Shown: positions 11,187 through 22,450 of the stretch, in pieces
Position numbering within the stretch: position 1 is the stretch's first letter
Layout: each line of letters begins with the position of its first letter
From: Felis catus
Lineage: Eukaryota
DNA: 64,000 nucleotides
Direction of reading: 5' to 3'
Assembly (NCBI RefSeq): GCF_018350175.1
Contig: NC_058369.1
Location: 15,812,001-15,876,000 of the forward strand
The notes under the pieces: generated by a model
Told to the model about the DNA's origin: nothing
The model's input: only the letters and a program-made list of their open reading frames with translations
The model's database searches: none
Translations under genes and position numbers: made by a program

Positions 11187-11411
11187 GGGGCGCCTGGGTG
11201 GCGCAGTTGGTTAAGCGTCCGACTTCAGCCAGGTCACGATCTCGCGGTCCGTGAGTTCGAGCCCCGCGTCGGGCTCTGGGCTGATGGCTCAGAGCCTGGA
11301 GCCTGTTTCCGATTCTGTGTCTCCCTCTCTCTCTGCCCCTCCCCCGTTCATGCTCTGTCTCTCTCTGTCCCAAAAATAAATAAACGTTGAAAAAAAAAAA
11401 TTAAAAAAAAA
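11187..11411 (+). mobile_element. Young felid SINEC_Fc-type SINE
   Basis: Diagnostic GGCGCAGT, CTTCAGCCAGGTCACGATC and GGCTCTGGGCTGATGG; intact CpGs; long A tail. Confidence 0.95.
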
Positions 11412-12440
11412 CATTTCAACCTACCAAAGCTGGCATGAAGTGATATGGCAAATCCGAAAAGTCCTACCTTTATGAGACAAATTTAATTAACTATTAAAAA
11501 AAAAAAACCTTCCCACAAAGAAAACTCCAGAACTACATGATTTTTTTCTCATACGTTCTGTCAAACATTTAAGGAAGAGGTAACACCAATCCGAGACAAA
11601 CGATCTGAGATACAGGATGGAATATTGCTCAGATCGTTTCATGAGGCCACCGTCACCCTGATACCAAAACCAGACAAAACCAGCACAATAAAGAAAACCA
11701 CAGACCCATATCCCTCATGAACGCAGACACAAAAATCCTTATCCAAGTATTAGCACATCAAATCGGCAACATAATTTAAAAGGAGGATACGTCGTGATCA
11801 AGCGGTGTTTACCCCAGAAATATGAGAATGGCTTAATGTCTGAAGAATCAAGCAATTTAAATCCTTTTTGCATTAACAGAACAAAGACAAAGGCCACATG
11901 ACACTGTCTGATCAACGCAGAAAAGTATTTGACAAAGCTCAATACCCACTCATGACGCCAACTCTCACCAAATCAGAAATTAAAGGGGTATTGGACGTCT
12001 GTAAAAGCGATTCCACTCTTCTGTTGGTTATTCATTCATTTACTCAAAAGCTTCTGGGCTGGGCTTGGGAGGTCTTGGGGACACAAGGGAGAATGGCACC
12101 AAGTAACTCTCCGAGTTCCTTTCTAGGAGCCCGGTTCCCTTTTGCCTGTCACTGCTCTCCCTCCCTGTCTCTGCTTGCCCACCTCAGCTCCAAGAGAGCA
12201 AATGTAGCTTTTCCTGTCCGCCATATAACTTGGATCGAGAAACCCAGATTTAAATTATCCAACCACTAAGAATAACAATGCCTGACCTTGGCGATGCAGA
12301 TTTGGGGGAATCCCCATGAGGGCTTGGCACTCTCCATATTTACCAGCTCTCCAGTTGGTTCCGATGCCCACAGGGAGTTGAAGAACCCGTGGTACAAGCT
12401 ATTAACATTAGAGGAAAACACAAGTTACACACATAAAGGA

Positions 12441-12700
12441 ACTCACCTATATCTACACCTCCTGTGTGTCTTGAGGCAGAAATGATGCTTCCCTGTTGCA
12501 CGTTGTGCTCCAAGAAACTGAAACAGCCAGAAGCTAGAGGAAGGTCGGAGAAAACTGTAGTACGCTGTCTCAGAGGGAGACAGGGAGCCTTGACTAATCC
12601 CTCCTCTCCCACCTCCTGGCTTCCCGCTTGACCCACCCCCAACCTCCCTATCCCCACCCAAGACCTCACGTCACAACCTGGCCCCATCACTGGTCACCCA
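12441..12700 (-). promoter_or_regulatory. XCR1: Putative XCR1 promoter, short non-coding exon 1 and 5' splice donor
   Basis: Donor TAG|GTGAGT (exon ends 12447); ISRE core GAAACTGAAAC 12514-12524; ETS/PU.1 core GAGGAA 12537-12542; CRE-like TCACGTCA 12666-12673; unique sequence between two L1 blocks. Confidence 0.6.
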
Positions 12701-13736
12701 GCGTGTCTCCAAAGGCAGGTGGGGTCGACAATGCAGGACTCACCTGAGCCCCCGGATCCCACTGAGAATAGAGTCAGGCAATTTTGGAGTGGGAAGGGAT
12801 CCTAAAGGGTACGTTTTTAAAAAGCTGCATTTGTATGTTAGCCGAAATTACATTTTATTAATGTACCAGTTACGTATGATGGTGACGATGATGATTTTAG
12901 GTCGAGGTGAAATTCACGTAACATAAAATTTGCCATTTTAAATGGCAGGATTCGGTCGTTTCCGGCATATTTCACAATATTTATGAGCCATAATTGCTCT
13001 CCAATTCGGGGACATTTTCAGTACCCTCAAAAGAAACCTCACACTTGTTAGCAGTCAGTCCGGTTCCCCATGTCCCTCCATCCCCCGGCGAACCACTGAT
13101 CTACTTTCTGTCTTTATGGTTTTGCCTCTTCTGGACGTTTTGTCTAAGTGGAATCATACAATATGTGACCTTTGGTGACTGACCTCTTCCACTTAGTATA
13201 ATGTTTTGAAGGTTCATCCACATCGTGGCATGTATCACTACTTCATTCAATTTTATGGTTGAATACTATCCCCTTGTGTGGATAAACCACATTTCCTTGG
13301 CCCATCCATCAGTTGGAGGACATTTGGGTTGTTTCCACTTTTTGGCTATGATGAACAATGTTGCTCTGAACAGTCACGCACAGGTGTTTTGCGTGGACAT
13401 ATATTTTCAGCTCTCTCGGGTTTCTACCCAAGAGTGGAATTGCTGGGTTGTAGGCTGGCTCCTATGTTTAACTTTTTGAGGACCTGCCGGCCTGTTTTCC
13501 ACAGAGCTGCACCATTTTACTGTCCCACCAGTAATGCGTGAGGGTAGCAGTTTCTCCGTATCTTCACCGACACTGGCGAGTTTTCTATTTTTTAATTATA
13601 GGGTATGACGTGGCAGCTCACTATGATTTTGATTTATGTTTCCGAAATGGATAACAAGGTTAAGTATCTTTTCATGAGCTTATTGGTCAGGTGGGTGTCT
13701 CGTCGAGAAGTATCCATTCAGAACTTTTGCCTTTTT

Positions 13737-13966
13737 GGGGGCGCCTGGGTGGCTCAGTCAGTTGAGCATTCGACTGCGGCTCAGGTCATGATCTCGCAGT
13801 TCGTGGCTTCAAGCCCTGTGTCTGGCTGTGTGCTGACAGCTCGGAGCCCGCAGCCTGCTGCGGATTCTCTGTCTGTGTCTCTCTCTGCCCCTCCCCTGCT
13901 TGTGTGTGCACTCTCTTTCTTACTCTCTCTATCTCTCTCAAAAATAAATAAATAAACATTAAAAAA
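13737..13966 (+). mobile_element. CAN/SINEC SINE
   Basis: Full head, CT region, A tail. Confidence 0.92.
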
Positions 13967-13989
13967 CAGGACCTTTGCCTTAAAAAAAT

Positions 13990-14037
13990 ATTTATTTATT
14001 TTGAGAGAGAAAGCGTGGACATGCGTGAGTGGGGAAG

Positions 14038-14083
<46 letters not shown>

Positions 14084-14208
14084 CCTAAGCAGGCTCCATG
14101 CTGGCAGCACAGAGCCTGACTCCGGGCTCGATCCCATGAACCGTGAGATCATGACCTGAGCCGAAACCAAGAATCGGACGCTTAACCAACTGAGCCCCCC
14201 AAGTGCCC
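13990..14208 (-). mobile_element. CAN/SINEC SINE (tail-to-tail with previous)
   Basis: Reverse SINE with (GA)n. Confidence 0.92.
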
Positions 14209-15168
14209 TTGAACCTTTGTATTTTAAAAGGATAATACATCATGACCAAGTGGTGTTTATCCCAGAAATATGAGAATGGTTTTAAAATTTGGGTTATTTG
14301 GCTTTTAATTATTAAGTTGCAAGCATTATTTAAATATTCTGGATACCAGAGTCTTATCAGATATATGATTTGCAAATAACTTTTCCCATTTTGTGAATAC
14401 TTTTTAAATGTGTTGATAGTGTCCTTTGACACACGAAAGTTTTTAATTTTGATGAAACCAAATTTACGTATACATTTTTTATTCTCGTGATCAATTATAT
14501 TAGGCTAATACTGGCTTCACAGAATGAGTTAAGAATATTCCTTCTGCTTCTACCCTCTGAATGAGATTGTAGAGAATTGATACAATTTCTTCTCTAAAGG
14601 TTTGGTAGAATTCACCCATGGACCCATCTGGGCCTGGGGATTTCTGTTTTGGAAAGTTATTAATTATGGATTCAGTTTATTATTAGATATAAACCTGTTC
14701 ACGTTGTCTGTTTCTTCTTGTGTGAGGTTTGACAGATTGTGTGTTTGAAGGAATTGGTCCGTAGGTTATCAAATTTGTGGGCCTAGTATTGTTCCGAATA
14801 TTCCCCTAGTTTTCTTTTCATGTTGATGGGGTTTGTAGTGATGTCTCATCTTTCATTTCTGGTATTAGTAATTTGAATCCTCTATCTTTTTCTTAGTCTG
14901 ATTAGAAGCTTATTGATTTTATCAAATGTTTAAAGAACCAGCTTTAGTTTTGTTGATTTCCTCTACAGAAATGGGATCACATTTATCCTTTTTCCTTTAA
15001 ACAAAATGCCATGAACATCTTTCCAAGCCTATTTTATTCTTTTTAGCTGCTGCATTGTGGTGTCATACTTTACTTATTTCCTTGTCCAAAGAAACAAGAG
15101 AGGTGTCCAAATGGACACCCAATTTGCTCCCAAATTTTCAAATGACCACAACAATACAGGGAACGAGA

Positions 15169-15213
15169 GTGTGTGTGTGTGTGTTTGCGCACGCGCGCGT
15201 GCGTGTATGTGTG
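15169..15213 (+). repeat. (GT)n/(GC)n alternating purine-pyrimidine tract
   Basis: GTGTGTGTGTGTGTGTTTGCGCACGCGCGCGTGCGTGTATGTGTG. Confidence 0.85.
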
Positions 15214-16193
15214 ATTGTTCTTTGCCAAGGTAGGTAACGATTGAGAGGGCTCCGAAGTGTTCCACAAGTGTTTATTCCTTAAATATGAAGACACAATTTG
15301 AAACTCAGGTTTTCGCGTTTCCTCATGTTTGATTTCGGTGTGAAAAAGAATCCGTGGTCACGCCTTAAACACAAAGTCCTGAAACACTGGTCGGGCTGGA
15401 CAAAGGTGGAACTGAGTTCCAGCCTCGTGCAGATTCGACATGCAGAAGGGGAAGTCCAGTCTTAAGTACAGCACCGTGCAGATGGGGGCCTGGTAACCAC
15501 AGTTCGGGTCCGGACCCACGCGTGGGGAAGTGGGATTCAGGGCAGAGACTAGCCAGCACCAGAGGCATCAACATCGAGTGGGACAGGAATTAACTGCTGT
15601 AATAGGCACTGCTGATTCTAGATCTCCTGGGTCTCACAGCCTCATTGGACCATATGGCTCTGTCTGAGCCCATCCACATGAGACCAGCCACAAGCAGGTG
15701 TATATCAAGGGTCTTGCAGCTTTGGGAGTCCTTGGAAAGATACACATTGGCCTCACTGGGTGGCCCGTTCCCAGGGGACATCTTCAGTCATGGAAGTGAG
15801 GAGTCCCAGAGACCAAGGATCTCACGGAGGGGTTACAAGGGAAGAACACCACAGTCTGTGGATGACCACACAAGACACCGCTGCAGGCACCTCATCATTA
15901 ACTGATGTAGGCTTCGGGGACGGGATGGACAAGCGCCAAGGTTCTGTCAGCGGGGAGCGTGTGCTAGGGCCATCATAATCGGGACTTCGAGGTTAACATG
16001 CTTTTATTTGAAACTTAGGCTGGAGAGCTTGGGGTCTCTCTAGTTGTGCCAGAGTCTAAGGCAGAGTTAGATCTACAGGAGGAAATTAAATCATCTTAGC
16101 TTCGAGGGTTACAGGAAAGCATGACTCCATGGGAGTCACAGGGAGTCACTGTACAATAGGTCCTCAAATATTATTTTTATTATATTATTATTA

Positions 16194-16409
16194 TTTTTTC
16201 AACGTTTATTTATTTTTTTTGGGGGGGACAGAGAGAGACAGAGCATGAACGGGGGAGGGGCAGAGAGAGAGGGAGACACAGAATCGGAAACAGGCTCCAG
16301 GCTCCGAGCCATCAGCCCAGAGCTTGACGCGGGGCTCGAACTCACGGACCGCGAGATCGTGACCTGGCTGAAGTCGGACGCTCAACCGACCGCGCCACCC
16401 AGGCGCCCC
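16194..16409 (-). mobile_element. Young SINEC_Fc-type SINE
   Basis: Diagnostic positions; TSD TTTATTATA(T/C)TATTATTATT. Confidence 0.95.
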
Positions 16410-16479
16410 TTTATTATACTATTATTATTGAATGGGTAATGGAGTCACAGGAGTCCAGGTAGATCATACATCAAAACCA

Positions 16480-17065
16480 AAGATACACATTGAAAGAAGA
16501 AAACAGGAATTCACAATTCTGTATCAATAATAAGTAAATCGGTGAGCGGGTAGGGCTCTGCTTGAGGGGAAAAGCCAGTAGGTAAATGTGGAGGTGGATC
16601 TGGGGTTGGAAAATCGCTGTGCAACCATCACGGAGAAGGCTGGTTCAGACAAGAACGTCCAACGGGTGCTAACTCTCGGGGTGGGGATTTTTGATGAGGG
16701 GCAGTATATTTGCATGGTTCTTTTTTTTAAAAATAATGTCATTTTTTTAATGTTTATTTATTTAATTTTGAGAGAGAGAGAGAGTGCAGAACCAGATATG
16801 GGGCTTGAACTCATGAACCGCGAGATCATGACCTGAGCCGAAATCAAGGGTCAGATGCTCAACCGACTGAGCCACCCAGGCACCCTCATTTGCATAGTTC
16901 TAAAGTGTCTCCACACAGACTACTTATTAGTTATAAAGGCAACGATAACAATTACACAGCAGAGAAATCAGACAACCTTGACCAAATGATCACGTTTAAC
17001 ATCCCCAATAAGGGGCGGGTGGACGTCACGTGCCTCCAGATACGATATCCTGAGGTGGACCCAGT
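16480..17065 (+). mobile_element. Old L1 (L1MC-like) 3' remnant
   Basis: TACTTATTAGTTATAAAGG...GACCAAATGATCACGTTTAACATC resembles the L1MC 3' region. Confidence 0.6.
16742..16885 (-). mobile_element. Internally deleted CAN/SINEC SINE
   Basis: Head and tail present, middle missing. Confidence 0.85.
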
Positions 17066-17395
17066 ATCGGTGCCCCGAGGAGGGCACAGCAGAGGTGCCC
17101 AGATGTTAAGTCACTCACCCACAGCCAAAGAGCAACAAAACAGTAGCTGAGTGGGCTCTATCCCAGCTTGTGTGGCTCCAAGGTCTCAGGTTGCAGGGCG
17201 GGGTGGGGAGTGGCTTGGTTTAAGGTGAGCCACACCGCTGTCCAAGGTCGGGCTCGGGGCCGTGATGCAGTACCTGGTTCCGCAGGCTGGGGTGGACGGT
17301 CCCCCTCTACTCACCCTCCAGCCACTGTCAGAAATGCTGCCGCAGGCACAGCCCTCGTTATATGTGCCAGACCAGCATTGTGAGCTTTCAACACA

Positions 17396-17591
17396 ATTAA
17401 TTTATTTTTGAGAGAAAGAGACAGAACGTGAGCAGGGGAAGGGCAGAGAGAGGGAGACACAGAATCTGAAGGAGGCTCCAGGCTCCGAGCTGTCAGCACG
17501 GAGCCCGACGCGGGGCTCGAACTCGCAAGCAGAGAGATCACGACCTGAGCTGAAGTCGGACACCCAACCGACTGAGCCACCCAGGCGCCCC
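17396..17591 (-). mobile_element. CAN/SINEC SINE
   Basis: Reverse SINE with short tail. Confidence 0.92.
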
Positions 17592-17864
17592 ACTAACCCT
17601 TAATCAAATACGTATACAGGTAAAGTTCTGGGTGTTCATGTGTTTGATATCTTAGGACATTTTAGCCAAACTAAGGTGTATGATGAGAAAGGGGACAAAG
17701 AAAAGGATGAACTCGGGGTTTCCAGTTGCCGGCTCAAGTTCTGCGTAAATAACCTGAAAACTTCTATTATCTGCCCTTAAAGAAACCCTATTTCTTATAG
17801 CCACAGGGCTAAGATTTCTGAACACTAAACCAATTCTCCACCTGCCAGTGGCTGAATTACAATG

Positions 17865-18170
17865 TAAATCAAGTCCACAGTATCACAAGGTGTCTTCTGT
17901 TAAAGGAGGGCATTGGTTGGGAAGGCATGGGATTCCGAAAACTGGAATAGGGATATACAGGGAGATCTCAAGGAAGCTGAAGGTATAGAACCCTAAGTTC
18001 TCCCGAGTCTTCTTTGGTTGTTCTTTGACGTGCAGGTACCACCTACAAATGGTGGCATCCTTCTCTGGGGCATTCCTGAGTGACAGGGATGAAGCGAAAT
18101 CCTCTCGGTGAGCAGCATTTTGAGCATTGCACCCGGCTGTTCATTTTGCTTGGAAGGAGAAATGGGTACC
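17865..18170 (+). mobile_element. ERV-L internal fragments (gag-proximal and RNase H-region pieces)
   Basis: GGGCATTGGTTGGGAAGG...ACTGGAATAGGGA and GAAATCCTCTCGGTGAGCAG...TTTGCTTGGAAGGAGAAATGG resemble ERV-L internal consensus. Confidence 0.6.
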
Positions 18171-18619
18171 CAGACACCCAGTCCTGCTAGGTATAGATAG
18201 CCCCTGATTTCAGGGCCATGGACCTCATCCTGTACACAGCAAATTTGCTAGTTGATTTCAGAAAGAAAATCTTCCTTCCCTGACTTCCGGATTCAGGGAA
18301 GAGAAGTAAGGATTCTCACTGTCACTTCTATGGAACGTGAATTTACAGGTTACATTTCCTATTTGTACCAAAAAGAAGAAAGGGTGCTTGGCCATTTTTC
18401 ACTTCCACTTGGCTGAGGCCTGAATACCCATGGCCAAAGCCAACCCCCCCTCCCCGCCCAAGGTTTTTTTTTTTTCTTTGATCCAACTTTTAATATCGAG
18501 GTACGTGTAAGATATATTGTACATTTACTAACATATGTGTTTATAATAGCAGACGTGCATGCATTTATAATAGTAGAGTCATATTGCCACCTGACATGAT
18601 ACAACTGTCTATGCTAACC

Positions 18620-19285
18620 CTTTCCCCACGCAGGTTGCAAAGTCTTTGGGTGATATTCACTCTTTTCCTTGATACACTTGAAAATGCGATGTTCGGTTAA
18701 TTATCGTCAATACATCTTGGGTTGAAAGAGAATAAGAGAGGGAAGAAAACACAAATACTTGCTCAATACGTGTGTATACAAACATATTCATAACAAAATA
18801 GGGAAGAAATACTCATAATAATGATAGTTCCCACTTCTGTATCTTGTCACCTGGTCATAGCTGGTTATTTACAACTACCTTCTTCCACTCCCTGTTTCAT
18901 ATTCCCTTTGCCCTCAGTGAGCACCTCACGGGGTCACAGGTCTTTGCCTGGGGGGTGACCCACACCTTCATACCTGGAACCTGGACCATTAGCGTTCCTG
19001 CTTGAGTTGGGTTGTTGTGGTTTCCCGCTGACTTGAATCACAGGACGTGATAGTACGTGGCAAGAGACAGCCTAAGGGATCTCCTGTACTCCAGACACAG
19101 TCGTTCCTTCTTCTCATGTGTAGTAGCCGATCGGTTTCCTCTTGGTGGCCAGGACCAATCACCCAGCCGGCACAGTGACTCCCTTCTTTGCCTGTTGAGT
19201 CAGAGGCAAGAGGATCCCAAAGCGGCCAGGTGGTCGCCTCAACTTCCGGGCCAGTGGGATCGCTGTTGTGTCCTCTGGTGGAAGT
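18620..19285 (-). mobile_element. ERV-L internal remnant including a degenerate dUTPase
   Basis: Manual minus-strand translation from about 19283 gives LPPEDTTAIPLARKLRRPPGRFGILLPLTQQAKKGVTVPAG/(frameshift)IGPGHQEETDRLLH, matching the ERV-L dUTPase pattern. Confidence 0.85.
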
Positions 19286-19589
19286 GTGTGCAGCATGGCC
19301 TCAGGGCTCTCCCACCCCTGCTCCCTCCCCCTTTAGCCTTTCAGGAGATCCCCCCCCCCCCCGAATAAACCTCTTGGACGTCTAATCCTTACTTGGTGTC
19401 TGCTTTTGAAATTCCAAGAGAGCAGGAGCTCACGGGCCATGTATTTACGCCTCAGAATTTGACAAACGCTACAAATCAGGGCTCTTTCCTCTGGAGGGCA
19501 GGTTGTTCAAATTTACCAGCACACCGCTGCATGGAAGGTTATCCCTGTCTTGGGACTGCTCCCGAGAAAGAGTCCCCCCGGTTGCTATC

Positions 19590-20118
19590 CTAGCTGGTAT
19601 AGGGCTAGCGTTCAGGATGCCGGTAAGAGACAGATGGCCCTCTCGACAGGGTGAGTGAGGACAATTCAAGGAAAGGACTTTCCCCAAAGGTGTGGGCAGG
19701 GTGTAAGGAAGTCAAACAGCAGGGGTGAAGTATTCCTGATCTAGCAATAGGGGGCAGCTGCCGCCCGATCGATGGATTGCAGGAGGGAAGGCACAGGAGG
19801 AAGCATCACTGAAGGCCCTGGAGAGACCCGGAGCCCTAGGAGAGGGCTGGCTGCTTGACACGGGATGTGGCCTGCGGCTGCGGAAGTAGTCATTTCCACC
19901 CCTTGCCCGGCAGGGAGGGAGCCGGAGGAATAAATACACCGGCCTCTTTCTCCTCCCATCCCACACCACCAAACTCCTGCTGGTGCCAACAAGGAGGCAA
20001 GAGGGCCTGTTGATGAAGCCCAGGCAGGTGGACGGCAGAAGGCAGACCTGGAGGGACAAGCGTGAGAGTCCCCGTTCCGAGCCTCGGGCAATCCATCCCA
20101 GTCCAGCCTCCTGGGGTG
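19590..20118. mobile_element. Ancient MaLR (MLT1-type) LTR
   Basis: CAAAGGTGTGGGCAGGGTGTAAGGAA and CAGCCTCCTGGGG motifs. Confidence 0.5.
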
Positions 20119-20549
20119 AGGTTTGCTCTCGCCACACACACTGTTTCCATTTGCACGAAGGCTCTCTTGCTTCCCCCCCTCCCGGTTCATTACCACCCCT
20201 CCTTGGCTCAGACGTCACCCTTTTGAACATGCCAGGCTCTCTGTTGATTGTTTTCTCTGGTCCCAAGGCATTTCCCCACGTATGGCAACATTTTTATCCA
20301 ACGGTGACTTGTTTGCTGGTCATAATACTAGGTACCAACATTCCTGAGCACTTAACCACATGCCAGGCACCGTGTAACGATGTTAGACTTTATTCTAGGC
20401 TCTAGCCTCCATGAGGGCGGGGACCATGCTCTGTATCGTTTGTGTCTCCATCTCTCAGGCCTAGGACAGTGCCTGGAACATACGAGGAGCTCGACACACG
20501 TGTGGAGTAAAAATCCCCACTGTGAGCCCGGCAAGTGTTTCCTAACGCT

Positions 20550-21280
20550 TTTGCAAGATGGGAGATTAAATATGGCTGAAAACGTTTTACTGCTCTTTCC
20601 ATCGGGAGGTGAAGTCTAATGCACCTCCTTGAACGTGGGCCGGTCTCGGTGACTTGCTTGACCGACAGAATCTGCCCGAAGTGACATTCTGGGGGTTTTA
20701 GGTTGTAAGAAGCCTTGCTGCCTCCAGCTGGGTCCCTTGGAACACGCTCGTTGCGAACCCTGAACCGTTACTTACAAAGCTCAAGTGCACGCGGCCGCCA
20801 GGCTGGTGAGGCTGCATGTGTGACGTCTGGTGGTTCCAACTGAGCTCAACGATCAAGCCTTTTCTGCTGAGGACCAGACATGGGAGTGAAGCTGCCCCAG
20901 AGTGGCCCATCTACCAGCCCAACAGCACCAAAGGGGTCTCTGTTGAGGCCACATGGAAAAGAAACCCTGCTCACGGGGCGCCCGCGTCTCAGTCGGCGAA
21001 GCGTCCGACTCTGGATTTCGGCCCAGGTCGTGATCTCACGGTTCGTGAGTTTGAGCCCCGCATCGGGCTCTGTGCCGACAGCGTGGAGCCTGCTGGGGAT
21101 TCTCTCTCTCCCCCGCCCCTCTCGAAATAAATAAATAAACATCAAAAAAAAATGTAATTCGAAAAAGAAAAGAAACCCTGCTCAGGCTCTTGAGCCACAA
21201 AATTATGAGCTATAATTAAAGGGCTCTTACTTGGGGCCTCTCTCTATGGGGGGCTTTACCGCACAGCAACGGTCAGAGGA
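20550..21280 (+). mobile_element. MLT1-type LTR split by a SINE
   Basis: CCATCGGGAGGTGAAGTCTA...GTGACTTGCTTGACC...GAAGTGAC typical of MLT1. Confidence 0.7.
20975..21166 (+). mobile_element. CAN/SINEC SINE
   Basis: Perfect 18-bp TSD GAAAAGAAACCCTGCTCA (20956-20973, 21167-21184). Confidence 0.95.
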
Positions 21281-21499
21281 CACGGTATTGGTTAAGGGGA
21301 AGTCCCCAGCCTGATTTTCCATGTCACCTCTCCCATCCCACACTCTTGGGTTCCCCTCGAAGACTGTCACCACCAGGAGTCCTGCGAACTCTCCAGAAAC
21401 TTGCCTTTGATGTGGCTCGCTGAGAGGTACCTTTTCTAGTTAGCTTCCATTGGCAACACTGCCTGGAAATCCCCCAAATGCAGCCCCGCCTGCTCTCTG

Positions 21500-22450
21500 G
21501 CAAAGCTCCAACGGCCGCGTTGTCCCGGGCCACCTGCCGCATCCTCATGCAGCCCCCTCCAAGCTTGGGGGACGGTGAAGTCACCGGCTCCCGGGTAGAG
21601 GCCCTTTTCCTCTGAAGCCTGCTGGGCCCATCCGACCACACATGAACCTGGTTAGACAGTTTCACACTGAGAGTCGGGGAAACACAGGTAGCCGGCTGGG
21701 GCCGCCCCTGGTTCTGCTGTCGCCTCGCTCCCCGGTCACACCTGTCCCAGGCGGAGCGAAGCCTTGCTGGAGTCCCCGGGGATTTGTCCGGGCGGCGCTT
21801 GGGAGGGCGGCCACAGGCTGCCGCGAGGGGACTGGAGCCCGGTGGGTGTGCCGTGACAGCATGGATAGTTCTGGATGGAGCCTCTGAAGCTTTCTGGAAG
21901 TACCGAGGACTCAACAGACATTCAAGAAGCTGGAGGGCTCTTGGCCTCTCCAGGGCCTCTGGCAGGGGCCGCGTGGGGGCGTCCCTGGTGGTGCTCGCGG
22001 CATTTGCCAGCTCATTCTGAGCGGGACGTCTACCCTCTTCTCACCCCCTCACGGCTCTTCAAACACACGTGGGTGGGCGGGTGGGTGGGGGTGACAGCAT
22101 GCCTGGCAGAGGTCACAAGAGTTTGGAGAAGGGGGAGCCCAGGCAGCGTTTGTGATGCAGTGAGAAGGGCACGGCAGGTTCCAGACCTCGTAGCGTCTTG
22201 GCCGCTCCCTGATGGTCCCAGGGAGATCCGCGTGGAAACTGCACTACGTAGGGCTCGCGATGAATGCAACCCCCGAGGCCCTCCTCGGTCCTGCAGAAAC
22301 ACGCTCTTCGGAGAGATTCTGGCCTCTGCATTTGTAGCAGGTGGCTAGGTGGGCCAGAAGAAAGCAGGTGTGGGGATGCATATCATGGGCTCTGGGGTCC
22401 GCCCGGAGGGCTCAGACTCAGACCGCAGGACACAGGGGCCGCGTAATTTC
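21500..22450. other. CpG/GC-rich patch
   Basis: Visibly high GC and CpG content; not computed. Confidence 0.5.

Larger units (their letters stand above)
10130..11985 (+). mobile_element. Old LINE-1 remnant (ORF1/ORF2-derived), interrupted by SINEs
   Basis: A-rich sense strand with L1 ORF2 signatures such as ACCCTGATACCAAAACCAGACAAA, ATATCCCTCATGAAC and GCAGAAAAGTATTTGACAAA; no intact ORF. Confidence 0.85.
12890..14970 (-). mobile_element. Old LINE-1 (L1M-type) 3' end and ORF2 remnants, interrupted by two SINEs
   Basis: T-rich antisense L1 signatures (AAGTGGAATCATACAATATGTGACCTTT, GGAATTGCTGGGT, TGGTAGAATTCACC). Confidence 0.85.
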
